Assembly (NCBI GenBank): GCA_964016885.1
Contig: OZ024741.1
Location: 257,982,001 to 258,046,000, forward strand
DNA from: Eledone cirrhosa
Taxonomy: Eukaryota
Reading direction: 5' to 3'
Length of the DNA stretch: 64,000 bases
This document shows, one piece after another, positions 12,701 to 26,400 of the stretch (positions are counted from its first letter, which is position 1; the number at the start of each line of letters is the position of its first letter). The notes under the pieces were generated by a model. The model saw nothing but the letters and a program-made list of their open reading frames with translations, had not been told where the DNA came from and did no database searches. Made by a program: the position numbers and the translations under genes.

Positions 12701-15700
12701 ACTTACGAGTGTTTCGGCTTACGAGTGTTTTGACTTACGAGTGTTTTGACTTACATGTGTTTCGACTTACGCGTGTTTCGACTTACGAGTGTTTCGACTT
12801 GCGAGTGTTTCGACTACGGGTGTTTCGACTTACGAATGTTTTGACTTACGGATGTTTTGACTTACGGGTGTTTCGGCTTACGAGTGTTTCGACTTACGAG
12901 TGTTTCGACTTACGAGTGTTTTGACTTACGGGTGTTTTGACTTACGGTGTTTCGGCTTACGAGTGTTTCGACTTACGAGTGTTTCGACTTACGGGTGTTT
13001 TGACATACGAGTGTTTCGATACGAGTGTTCTGACTTACGAGTGTTCTGACTTACGAGTGTTCTGACTTACGAGTGTTCTGACTTACGAGTGTTCTGACAT
13101 ACGTGTGTTCTGACTTACGAGTGTTCCGATTTACGAGTGTTTCGGCTTATGAGTGTTTCAACTCACGTATGTTTTTGCTTACGGGTGTTTCGACTTACGA
13201 ATGTTTTTGCTTACGAGTGTTTCGGCTTACGAGTGTTTCGACTTACGAAAATAACAAATAGACGCGGTTTCAAATCTCTATGCTTTTCAAATTCATTACA
13301 TTAATCTTTATTTACACGTTTCGCTTTACGAGTGTTTCGACTTACGAGTGCTTCGACTTACGAGTGTTTCGACTTACGAGTGTTTCGACTTACGAGTGTT
13401 TCGACTTAAGAGTGTTTCGACTTACGAGTGTTTTGACTTACGAGTGTTCTGACTTACGAGTGTTCTGACTTACGAGTGTTTCTACTTACGAGTGTTCTGA
13501 CTTACGAGTGTTCCGACTTACGAGTGTTTCGACTTACGAGTGTTTCGACTTACGAGTGTTTCGACTTACGAGTATTTCGGCTTACGAGTGTTTTGACTTA
13601 CGAGTGTTCTGACTACGAGTGTTCTGACTTACGAGTGTTTCGGCTTATGAGTGTTTCGACTCACGAGTGTTTCGGCTTATGAGTGTTTCGACTTACGAGT
13701 GTTTCGGCTTACGAGTGTTTCGACTTACGAGTGTTTAGACTTACGAGTGTTTCGACTTACGGGTGTTTCGACTTACGAGTGTTTCGACTACGAGTGTTTC
13801 GACTTACGAGTGTTTCGGCTTACGAGTGTTTCGACATACGGGTGTTTCGACTTACGGTGTTTCGGCTTACGAGTGTTTCGACTTACGAGTGTTCTGACTT
13901 ACGAGTGTTCTGACTTATGAGTGTTCTGACTTACGAGTGTTCTGACTTACGAGTGTTCCGACTTACGAGTGTTTCGGCTTACGAGTGTTTCGGCTTACGA
14001 GTGTTTCGACTTACGAATGTTTCGACTTACGAGTGTTTCGACTTACGAGTGTTTAGGTTTACGAGTGTTTCGACACATGAGTGTTTTGACTTACGGGTGT
14101 TTCGACTTACGGGTGTTTCGACTTATGAGTGTTTCGACTTACGAGTGTTCTGACTTACGAGTGTGCTGACTTACGAGTGTTCCGACTTACGAGTGTTTAG
14201 GTTTACGAGTGTTTCGACACATGAGTGTTTTGACTTACGGGTGTTTCGACTTACGGGTGTTTCGACTTACGAGTGTTTCGGCTTACGAGTGTTTCGACTT
14301 ACTAATGTTTTTAATTACGAGTGTTTCGGTGTACGAGTGATTCGACTTAAGGATGTTTCGATTTACGAGTGTTTCGACTTACGAGTGTTTCGGCTTACGT
14401 GAGTTTCGACTTAAGAGTGTTCTGATTTACGAGTGTTCTGACTTGCGGGTGTTCTGATTTACGAGTGTTCCGACTTACGAGTGTTTCGGCTTATGAGTGT
14501 TTCGACTTACGAGTGTTTCGGCTTACGAGTGTTTCACCTTATGGCTGTTTCGACTTACGAGTGTTTTTACTTATGGTGTTTCGGCTTCCGAGTGTTTCGA
14601 CATACGAGTGTTTTGACTTACGGGTGTTTCGGCTTACGAGTGTTTCGACTTACGAGTGTTTCGGCTTACGAGTGTTTCGACTTACTAATGTTTTTACTTA
14701 CGAGTGTTTCGGCGTACGAGAGTTTTGACTTACGAGTGTTTCGACTTACGAGTGTTTCGACTTACGAGTATTTTGACTTACGAATGTTTTGACTTACGGG
14801 TGTTTCGGCTTACGAGTGTTTCGACTTACGAGTCTTTCGGCTTACGAGTGTTTCGACTTACTAATGTTTTTACTTACGAGTGTTTCGGCGTACGAGTGTT
14901 TCGACTTACGAGTGTTTCGACTTACGGGTGTTTTGACTTACGGGTGTTTCGGCTTACGAGTGTTTTGACTTAAGGGTGTTTCGACTTACGAGTATTTTGG
15001 GCTTACGAGTGTTTCGACTTACGAGTGTTTTGACTTACGAGTGTTCTGATTTACGGATGTTTCGACATACGAGTGTTCAGACTTACGAGTGTTCCGACTT
15101 ACGAGTGTTTCGGCTTACGAGTGTTTCGGCTCACGAGTGTTTCGACTTACGAGTATTTCGACTTACGAGTGTTTTGACTTACGGTGTTTCGGCTTACGAG
15201 TGTTTCGACTTACGAGTGTTTTGACTTACTGGTGTTATGACATACGAGTGTTTCGATACGAGTGTTTCGACTTACGAGTGTTCTGACTTACGAGTGTTCT
15301 AACTTACGAGTGTTCTGACTTACGAGTGTTCTGACTTACGAGTGTTCCGACTTACGAGTGTTTCGGCTCACGAGTGTTTCGGCTTGCGAGTGTTTCGACT
15401 TACGAAAATAACAAATAGACGCGTTTTCAAATCTCTATGCTTTTCAAATTCATTACATTAATCTTTATTTATACGTTTCGCTTTACGAGTATTTTGACTT
15501 ACGAGTGTTTCGACTTACGAGTGTTTCGGCTTACGAGTGTTTTGACTTACGAGTGTTTTGACTTACATGTGTTTCGACTTACGCGTGTTTCGACTTACGA
15601 GTGTTTCGACTTGCGAGTGTTTCGACTACGGGTGTTTCGACTTACGAATGTTTTGACTTACGGATGTTTTGACTTACGGGTGTTTCGGCTTACGAGTGTT

Positions 15701-18700
15701 TCGACTTACGAGTGTTTCGACTTACGAGTGTTTTGACTTACGGGTGTTTTGACTTACGGTGTTTCGGCTTACGAGTGTTTCGACTTACGAGTGTTTCGAC
15801 TTACGGGTGTTTTGACATACGAGTGTTTCGATACGAGTGTTCTGACTTACGAGTGTTCTGACTTACGAGTGTTCTGACTTACGAGTGTTCTGACTTACGA
15901 GTGTTCTGACATACGTGTGTTCTGACTTACGAGTGTTCCGATTTACGAGTGTTTCGGCTTGAGTGTTTCAACTCACGTATGTTTTTGCTTACGGGTGTTT
16001 CGACTTACGAATGTTTTTGCTTACGAGTGTTTCGGCTTACGAGTGTTTCGACTTACGAAAATAACAAATAGACGCGGTTTCAAATCTCTATGCTTTTCAA
16101 ATTCATTACATTAATCTTTATTTACACGTTTCGCTTTACGAGTGTTTCGACTTACGAGTGCTTCGACTTACGAGTGTTTCGACTTACGAGTGTTTCGACT
16201 TACGAGTGTTTCGACTTAAGAGTGTTTCGACTTACGAGTGTTTTGACTTACGAGTGTTCTGACTTACGAGTGTTCTGACTTACGAGTGTTTCTACTTACG
16301 AGTGTTCTGACTTACGAGTGTTCCGACTTACGAGTGTTTCGACTTACGAGTGTTTCGACTTACGAGTGTTTCGACTTACGAGTATTTCGGCTTACGAGTG
16401 TTTTGACTTACGAGTGTTCTGACTACGAGTGTTCTGACTTACGAGTGTTTCGGCTTATGAGTGTTTCGACTCACGAGTGTTTCGGCTTATGAGTGTTTCG
16501 ACTTACGAGTGTTTCGGCTTACGAGTGTTTCGACTTACGAGTGTTTAGACTTACGAGTGTTTCGACTTACGGGTGTTTCGACTTACGAGTGTTTCGACTA
16601 CGAGTGTTTCGACTTACGAGTGTTTCGGCTTACGAGTGTTTCGACATACGGGTGTTTCGACTTACGGTGTTTCGGCTTACGAGTGTTTCGACTTACGAGT
16701 GTTCTGACTTACGAGTGTTCTGACTTATGAGTGTTCTGACTTACGAGTGTTCTGACTTACGAGTGTTCCGACTTACGAGTGTTTCGGCTTACGAGTGTTT
16801 CGGCTTACGAGTGTTTCGACTTACGAATGTTTCGACTTACGAGTGTTTCGACTTACGAGTGTTTAGGTTTACGAGTGTTTCGACACATGAGTGTTTTGAC
16901 TTACGGGTGTTTCGACTTACGGGTGTTTCGACTTATGAGTGTTTCGACTTACGAGTGTTCTGACTTACGAGTGTGCTGACTTACGAGTGTTCCGACTTAC
17001 GAGTGTTTAGGTTTACGAGTGTTTCGACACATGAGTGTTTTGACTTACGGGTGTTTCGACTTACGGGTGTTTCGACTTACGAGTGTTTCGGCTTACGAGT
17101 GTTTCGACTTACTAATGTTTTTAATTACGAGTGTTTCGGTGTACGAGTGATTCGACTTAAGGATGTTTCGATTTACGAGTGTTTCGACTTACGAGTGTTT
17201 CGGCTTACGTGAGTTTCGACTTAAGAGTGTTCTGATTTACGAGTGTTCTGACTTGCGGGTGTTCTGATTTACGAGTGTTCCGACTTACGAGTGTTTCGGC
17301 TTATGAGTGTTTCGACTTACGAGTGTTTCGGCTTACGAGTGTTTCACCTTATGGCTGTTTCGACTTACGAGTGTTTTTACTTATGGTGTTTCGGCTTCCG
17401 AGTGTTTCGACATACGAGTGTTTTGACTTACGGGTGTTTCGGCTTACGAGTGTTTCGACTTACGAGTGTTTCGGCTTACGAGTGTTTCGACTTACTAATG
17501 TTTTTACTTACGAGTGTTTCGGCGTACGAGAGTTTTGACTTACGAGTGTTTCGACTTACGAGTGTTTCGACTTACGAGTATTTTGACTTACGAATGTTTT
17601 GACTTACGGGTGTTTCGGCTTACGAGTGTTTCGACTTACGAGTCTTTCGGCTTACGAGTGTTTCGACTTACTAATGTTTTTACTTACGAGTGTTTCGGCG
17701 TACGAGTGTTTCGACTTACGAGTGTTTCGACTTACGGGTGTTTTGACTTACGGGTGTTTCGGCTTACGAGTGTTTTGACTTAAGGGTGTTTCGACTTACG
17801 AGTATTTTGGGCTTACGAGTGTTTCGACTTACGAGTGTTTTGACTTACGAGTGTTCTGATTTACGGATGTTTCGACATACGAGTGTTCAGACTTACGAGT
17901 GTTCCGACTTACGAGTGTTTCGGCTTACGAGTGTTTCGGCTCACGAGTGTTTCGACTTACGAGTATTTCGACTTACGAGTGTTTTGACTTACGGTGTTTC
18001 GGCTTACGAGTGTTTCGACTTACGAGTGTTTTGACTTACTGGTGTTATGACATACGAGTGTTTCGATACGAGTGTTTCGACTTACGAGTGTTCTGACTTA
18101 CGAGTGTTCTAAATTACGAGTGTTCTGACTTACGAGTGTTCTGACTTACGAGTGTTCCGACTTACGAGTGTTTCGGCTCACGAGTGTTTCGGCTTGCGAG
18201 TGTTTCGACTTACGAAAATAACAAATAGACGCGTTTTCAAATCTCTATGCTTTTCAAATTCATTACATTAATCTTTATTTATACGTTTCGCTTTACGAGT
18301 ATTTTGACTTACGAGTGTTTCGACTTACGAGTGTTTCGGCTTACGAGTGTTTTGACTTACGAGTGTTTTGACTTACATGTGTTTCGACTTACGCGTGTTT
18401 CGACTTACGAGTGTTTCGACTTGCGAGTGTTTCGACTACGGGTGTTTCGACTTACGAATGTTTTGACTTACGGATGTTTTGACTTACGGGTGTTTCGGCT
18501 TACGAGTGTTTCGACTTACGAGTGTTTCGACTTACGAGTATTTCGGCTTACGAGTGTTTTGACTTACGAGTGTTCTGACTACGAGTGTTCTGACTTACGA
18601 GTGTTTCGGCTTATGAGTGTTTCGACTCACGAGTGTTTCGGCTTATGAGTGTTTCGACTTACGAGTGTTTCGGCTTACGAGTGTTTCGACTTACGAGTGT

Positions 18701-20449
18701 TTAGACTTACGAGTGTTTCGACTTACGGGTGTTTCGACTTACGAGTGTTTCGACTACGAGTGTTTCGACTTACGAGTGTTTCGGCTTACGAGTGTTTCGA
18801 CATACGGGTGTTTCGACTTACGGTGTTTCGGCTTACGAGTGTTTCGACTTACGAGTGTTCTGACTTACGAGTGTTCTGACTTATGAGTGTTCTGACTTAC
18901 GAGTGTTCTGACTTACGAGTGTTCCGACTTACGAGTGTTTCGGCTTACGAGTGTTTCGGCTTACGAGTGTTTCGACTTACGAATGTTTCGACTTACGAGT
19001 GTTTCGACTTACGAGTGTTTAGGTTTACGAGTGTTTCGACACATGAGTGTTTTGACTTACGGGTGTTTCGACTTACGGGTGTTTCGACTTATGAGTGTTT
19101 CGACTTACGAGTGTTCTGACTTACGAGTGTGCTGACTTACGAGTGTTCCGACTTACGAGTGTTTCGGCTTACGAGTGTTTCGACTTACGAGTGTTTTGAC
19201 TTACGGTGTTTCGGCTTACGAGTGTTTCGACTTACGAGTGTTTTGACTCAATTGGTGTTTTGACATAAGAGTGTTTCGATACGAGTGTTAAGACTTACGG
19301 GTGTTTCGACTTACGGGTGTTTCGACTTACGAGTGTTTCGGCTTACGAGTGTTTCGACTTACTAATGTTTTTACTTACGAGTGTTTCGGTGTACGAGTGT
19401 TTCGACTTAAGGATGTTTCGATTTACGAGTGTTTCGACTTACGAGTGTTTCGGCTTACGTGAGTTTCGACTTAAGAGTGTTCTGATTTACGAGTGTTCTG
19501 ACTTGCGGGTGTTCTGATTTACGAGTGTTCCGACTTACGAGTGTTTCGGCTTATGAGTGTTTCGACTTACGAGTGTTTCGGCTTACGAGTGTTTCACCTT
19601 ATGGCTGTTTCGACTTACGAGTGTTTTTACTTATGGTGTTTCGGCTTCCGAGTGTTTCGACATACGAGTGTTTTGACTTACGGGTGTTTCGGCTTACGAG
19701 TGTTTCGACTTACGAGTGTTTCGGCTTACGAGTGTTTCGACTTACTAATGTTTTTACTTACGAGTGTTTCGGCGTACGAGAGTTTTGACTTACGAGTGTT
19801 TCGACTTACGAGTGTTTCGACTTACGAGTATTTTGACTTACGAATGTTTTGACTTACGGGTGTTTCGGCTTACGAGTGTTTCGACTTACGAGTCTTTCGG
19901 CTTACGAGTGTTTCGACTTACTAATGTTTTTACTTACGAGTGTTTCGGCGTACGAGTGTTTCGACTTACGAGTGTTTCGACTTACGGGTGTTTTGACTTA
20001 CGGGTGTTTTGACTTAAGGGTGTTTCGACTTACGAGTATTTTGGGCTTACGAGTGTTTCGACTTACGAGTGTTTTGACTTACGAGTGTTCTGATTTACGG
20101 ATGTTTCGACATACGACTGTTCAGACTTACGAGTGTTCCGACTTACGAGTGTTTCGGCTTACGAGTGTTTCGGCTCACGAGTGTTTCGACTTACGAGTAT
20201 TTCGACTTACGAGTGTTTTGACTTACGGTGTTTCGGCTTACGATGGTTTCGACTTACGAGTGTTTTGACTTACTGGTGTTATGACATACGAGTGTTTCGA
20301 TACGAGTGTTTCGACTTACGAGTGTTCTGACTTACGAGTGTTCTAACTTACGAGTGTTCTGACTTACGAGTGTTCTGACTTACGAGTGTTCCGACTTACG
20401 AGTGTTTCGGCTCACGAGTGTTTCGGCTTACGAGTGTTTCGACTTACTA
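9798..20449 (+). repeat. Tandem array of a derived ~2.8-kb HOR (units of 2796, 2812, 2810 and 2234 bp)
   Basis: Subtype a elements start at 9798, 12594, 15406 and 18216; subtype b (TTTACAC) at 10437, 13249 and 16059. The ORF track repeats with the same offsets (e.g. 11653/14465/17275). Confidence 0.95.
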
Positions 20450-23400
20450 AAATAACAAATAGACGCGGTTTCAAATCTCTATGCTTTTCAAATTCATTAC
20501 ATTAATCTTTATTTATACGTTTCGCTTTACGAGTGTTTCGACTTACGAGTGTTTCGACTTACGAGTGTTTCGGCTTACGAGTGTTTTGACTTACGAGTGT
20601 TTTGACTTACATGTGTTTCGACTTACGCGTGTTTCGACTTACGAGTGTTTCGACTTGCGAGTGTTTCGACTACGGGTGTTTCGACTTACGAATGTTTTGA
20701 CTTACGGATGTTTTGACTTACGGGTGTTTCGGCTTACGAGTGTTTCGACTTACGAGTGTTTCGACTTACGAGTGTTTTGACTCACGGGTGTTTTGACTTA
20801 CGGTGTTTCGGCTTACGAGTGTTTCGACTTACGAGTGTTTCGACTTACGGGTGTTTTGACATACGAGTGTTTCGATACGAGTGTTCTGACTTACGAGTGT
20901 TCTGACTTACGAGTGTTTCGGCTTATGAGTGTTTCGACTTACGTATGTTTTTGCTTACGGGTGTTTCGACTTACGAATGTTTTTGCTTACGAGTGTTTCG
21001 GCTTACGAGTGTTTCGACTTACGAAAATAACAAATAGACGCGGTTTCAAATCTCTATGCTTTTCAAATGCATTACATTAATCTTTATTTACACGTTTCGC
21101 TTTAGGAGTGTTTCGACTTACGAGTGTTTCGACTTACGAGTGTTTCGACTTACGAGTGTTTCGACTTACGAGTGTTTCGACTTACGAGTGTTTCGACTTA
21201 CGAGTGTTTTGACTTACGAGTGTTCTGACTTACGAGTGTTCTGACTTACGAGTGTTTCGACTTACGAGTGTTCTGACTTACGAGTGTTCTGACTTACGAG
21301 TGTTCCGACTTACGAGTGTTTCGACTTACGAGTGTTTCGACTTACGAGTGTTTCGACTTACGAGTGTTTCGGCTTACGAGTGTTTTGACTTACGAGTGTT
21401 CTGACTACGAGTGTTCTGACTTACGAGTGTTTCGGCTTATGAGTGTTTCGACTCACGAGTGTTTCGGCTTATGAGTGTTTCGACTTACGAGTGTTTCGGC
21501 TTACGAGTGTTTCGACTTACGAGTGTTTCGACTTACGAGTGTTTCGACTTACGGGTGTTTCGACTTACGAGTGTTTCGACTACGAGTGTTTCGACTTACG
21601 AGTGTTTAGGCTTACGAGTGTTTCGACATACGGGTGTTTCGACTTACGGTGTTTCGGCTTACGAGTGTTTCGACTTACGAGTGTTCTGACTCACGAGTGT
21701 TCTGACTTATGAGTGTTCTGACTCACGAGTGTTCTGACTTACGAGTGTTCCGACTTACGAGTGTTTCGGCTTACGAGTGTTTCGGCTTACGAGTGTTTCG
21801 ACTTACGAATGTTTCGACTTACGAGTGTTTCGACTTACGAGTGTTTTGACTTACGGTGTTTCGGCTTACGAGTGTTTCGACTTACGAGTGTTTTGACTTA
21901 CTGGTGTTTTGACATAAGAGTGTTTCGATACGAGTGTTTCGACTTACGAGTGTTCTGACTTACGAGTGTTCTGACTTACGAGTGTTCTGACTTACGAGTG
22001 TTCTAACTTACGAGTGTTCTGACTTACGAGTGTTCTGACTTACGAGTGTTCCGACTTACGAGTGTTTCGGCTCACCAGTGTTTCGGCTTACGAGTGTGTC
22101 GACTTACGAAAATAACAAATAGACGCGGTTTCAAATCTCTATGCTTTTCAAATTCATTACATTAATCTTTATTTATACGTTTCGCTTTACGAGTGTTTCG
22201 ACTTACGAGTGTTTCGACTTACGAGTGTTTCGGCTTACGATTGTTTTGACTTACGAGTGTTTTGACTTACATGTGTTTCGACTTACGCGTGTTTCGACTT
22301 ACGAGTGTTTCGACTTGCGAGTGTTTCGACTACGGGTGTTTCGACTTACGAATGTTTTGACTTACGGATGTTTTGACTTACGGGTGTTTCGGCTTACGAG
22401 TGTTTCGACTTACGAGTGTTCTGACTTACGAGTGTTCTGACTTACGGGTGTTCTGACTTACGAGTGTTCCGACTTACGAGTGTTTCGGCTTAAGAGTGTT
22501 TCAGATTACGAGTGCTTCGACTTACGAGTGTTTCGGCTTACGAGTGTTTCGACTTACGAGTGTTCTGACTACGAGTGTTCTGACTTACGGGTGTTCTGAC
22601 TTACGAGTGTTCCGACTTACGAGTGTTTCGACTTACGAGTGTTTCGGCTTTCGGGTGTTTAGACTTACGAGTGTTTCGGGTTACGAGTGTTTCGACTTAC
22701 GAATGTTTTCGCTTACGAGTGTTTCGGCTTCCGAGTGTTTCGACTTACGAGTGTTTCGACTTACGAGTGTTTTGACTTACGGTTTTTCGGCTTGCGAGTG
22801 TTTCGACATACGAGTGTTTTGACTTACGGGCGTTTCGACTTACGGGTGTTTCAACTTACGAGTGTTTCGACTTACGAGTGTTCTGACTTACGAGTGTTCT
22901 GACTTGCGAGTGTTCCGACTTACGAGTGTTTCGGCTTACGAGTGTTTCGACATACGAGTGTTTTGACTTACGAAAATAATAAATAGACGCGGTTTCAAAT
23001 CTCTATGCTTTTCAAGTTCATTACATTAATCTTTATTTATACGTTTCGCTTTACGAATGTTTCGACTTACGAGTGTTTCGGCTTACGAGTGTTTCGACTT
23101 ACGAGTGTTCTGACTACGAGTGTTCTGACTTACGGGTGCTCTGACTTATGAGTGTTTTGACTTACGAGTGTTTCTACTTACGAGTGTTTCGACTTACGGG
23201 TGTTTCGGCTTACGAGTGTTTCGACTTACGAGTGTTTTGACTTACGAATGTTTTGCCTTACGGGTGTTCCGGTTTACGAGTGTTTCGACTCACGAGTATT
23301 CTGACTTACGAGTGTTCCGACTTACGGGTGTTTCGACTTACGAGTGTTTCGACTTACGAGTGTTCCGACTTACGAGGGTTTCGGCTTACGGGTGTTCCGA

Positions 23401-26400
23401 CTTACGAGTATTTTCGGCTTACGAGTGTTTCGACTTACGAGTGTTTTGACTTACGGGTGTTTTGACATACGAGTGTTTCGATACGAGTGTTCTGACTTAC
23501 GAGTGTTCTGACTTACGAGTGTTCTGACTTACGAGTGTTCCGACTTACGAGTGTTTCGGCTCACGAGTGTTTCGGCTTACGAGTGTTTCGACTTACGAAA
23601 ATAATAGATAGACGCGGTTTCAAATCTCTATGCTTTTCAAGTTCATTACATTAATCTTTATTTATACGTTTCGCTTTACGAATGTTTCGACTTACGAGTG
23701 TTTCGGCTTACGATTGTTTTGACTTACGAGATTTTTGACTTACGGGTCTTTCGACTTAGGAGTGTTTCGACTTACGAGTGTTTCGGCTTACAAGTGTTTC
23801 GTCTTACGAGTGTTTCGGCTTACGAGTGTTTCGACTTACGAGTGTTCTGACTTACGAGTGTTCCGACTTGCGAGTGTTTCGGCTTATGAATGTTTCGACT
23901 TACGAGTGTTTCGGCTTACGAGTGTTTCGACTTACGAGTGTTTCGACTTACGAATGTTTTTGCTTACGAGTGTTTCGACTTACGAGTGTTTTGATTTACG
24001 GTGTTTCGGCTTACGAGTGTTTCGACTTACGAGTGTTTTGACTTACGGGTGTTTTGACATACGAGTGTTTCGATACGAGTGTTCTGACTTACGAGTGTTC
24101 TGACTTGCGAGTGTTCCGACTTACGAGTGTTTCGGCTTACGAGTGTTTCGACATACGAGTTTTTTAACTTACGGGTGTTTCGACTTACGTGTGTTTCGAC
24201 TTACGAGTGTTTCGGCTTACGAGTGTTTCGGCTTACGAGTGTTTCGGCTCACGAGTGTTTCGACTTACGAGTGTTTCGACTTACGAGTGTTTCGACTTAA
24301 GAGTGTTTCGACTTACGAGTGTTTCGACTTACGAGTGATTTTGCCATACGGGTGTTTCGGTTTACGAGTGTTTCGACTTACGAGTGTTCTGACTTACGAG
24401 TGTTCCGACTTACAAGTGTTTCGACTTACGAGTGTTTTGACTTACGAGTGTTCCGACCTACGAGCGTTTCGGCTTATGGGAGTTCCGACCTACGAGTGTT
24501 TCGACTTACGAGTGTTTTGACTTACGAGTGTTTCGGCTTACGAGTGTTTCGACTTACGAGTGTTTCGACTTACGAGTGTTTTGACTTTTTTTTTATGACT
24601 TACGGTGTTTCGACTTCCGAGTGTTTTGACTTACGGGTGTTTTGACATACGAGTGTTTCGATACAAGTGTTCTGACTTCCGAGTGTTTTGACTTACGAGT
24701 GTTCTGACTTACGAGTGTTCTGACTTACGAGTTTTCTGAATTACGAGTGTTCCGATTTACGAGTGTTTCGGCTTATGAGTGTTTCGACTTACGAATGTTT
24801 TTGCTTACGGGCGTTTCGACTTACGAATGTTTTTGCTTACGAGTGTTTCGGCTTACGAGTGATTCGACTTACGAGTGTTTTGACTTAAGGGTGTTTTGAC
24901 TTACGGGTGTTGTGAATTACGAGTGTTCCGATTTACGAGTGTTTTGACTTACGGTGTTTCGGCTTACGAGTTATTCGACTTACGAATGTTTTGACTTACG
25001 GGTGTTTCGGCTTGCGAGTGTTTCGACATACGAGTGTTTCGGCTTATGAGTGTTTCGACTTACTAATGTTTTTACTTACGAGTGTTTCGGCGTACGAGTG
25101 TTTTGACTTACGAGTGTTTCGACTCACGAGTGTTTTGACTTACGAATGTTTTGACTTACGGGTGTTTCGGCTTACGAGTGTTTCGGCTTACGAGTGTTTC
25201 GACATACGAGTTTTTTAACTTACGGGTGTTTCGACTTACGAGTGTTTCGACTCACGAGTGTTTCGGCTTACGAGTGTTTCGGCTTACGAGTGTTTCGGCT
25301 CACGAGTGTTTCGACTTACGAGTGTTTCGACTTACGAGTGTTTCGACTTAAGAGTGTTTCGACTTACGAGTGTTTCGACTTACGAGTGATTTTGCCATAC
25401 GGGTGTTTCGGTTTACGAGTGTTTCGACTTACGAGTGTTCTGACTTACGAGTGTTCCGACTTACGAGTGTTTCGACTTACGAGTGTTTTGACTTACGAGT
25501 GTTCCGACCTACAAGCGTTTCGGCTTATGGGAGTTCCGACCTACGAGTGTTTCGACTTACGAGTGTTTTGACTTACGAGTGTTTCCGCTTACGAGTGTTT
25601 CGGCTTACGAGTGTTTCGACTTACTAATGTTTTTACTTACGAGTGTTTCGGTGTACGAGTGTTTCGACTTAAGGATGTTTCGACTTACGGGTGTTTCGGC
25701 TTACGAGTGTTTCGACTTACGAGTTTTTTGACTTACGAGTGTTCTAACTTACGAGTGTTCTGACTTATGAGTGTTTCGACTTACGGGCGTTTCGACTTAC
25801 GGGTGTTTCGACTTACGAGTGTTTTGACTTACGAGTGTTCTGACTTACGAGTGTTCTGACTTACGAGTGTTCCGACTTACGACTGTTTCGACTTACGAGT
25901 GTTTTGACTTACGAGTGTTCCGACTTACGAGTGATTCGGCTTACGGGTGTTTCGACGTACGAGTATTTTTGGCTTACGAGTGTTTCGACTTACGAGTGTT
26001 TTGAATTACGATTGTTTCGGCTTACGAGTGTTTCGACTTACGAGTATTTCGACTTACGAGTGTTTTGACTTATGGGTGTTTGACATACGAGTGTTTCGAT
26101 ACGAATGCTCTGACTTACGAGTGTTCTGACTTACCAGTGTTCTGACTTACGAGTGTTCTGACTTACGGGTGTTCTGACTTACGTGTGTTCCGACTTACGA
26201 GTGTTTCGGCTATGGGTGTTTCGACTTACGAGTGTTTCGACTTACGAATGTTTTGGCTTTCGAGTGTTTCGGCTTACGAGTGTATCGACTTACGAATGTT
26301 TTGGCTTACGAGTGTTTCGGCTTACGGGTGTTTCGACTTACGAGTGTTTCGACTTACGAGTGTTTTGACTTACGGTGTTTCGGCTTACGAGTTATTCGAC

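Noticed and set aside
834-20449. 4472-bp and 2812-bp periods sum to ~7.28 kb, suggesting reciprocal products of one crossover; c-to-c distance 21813 is about three HORs
   Set aside because: The breakpoints differ: the deleted segment includes a, b and c, whereas the amplified unit has only a and b and starts ~600 bp earlier. Both lengths also include separate small duplications (~95 and 144 bp). Treated as coincidence.
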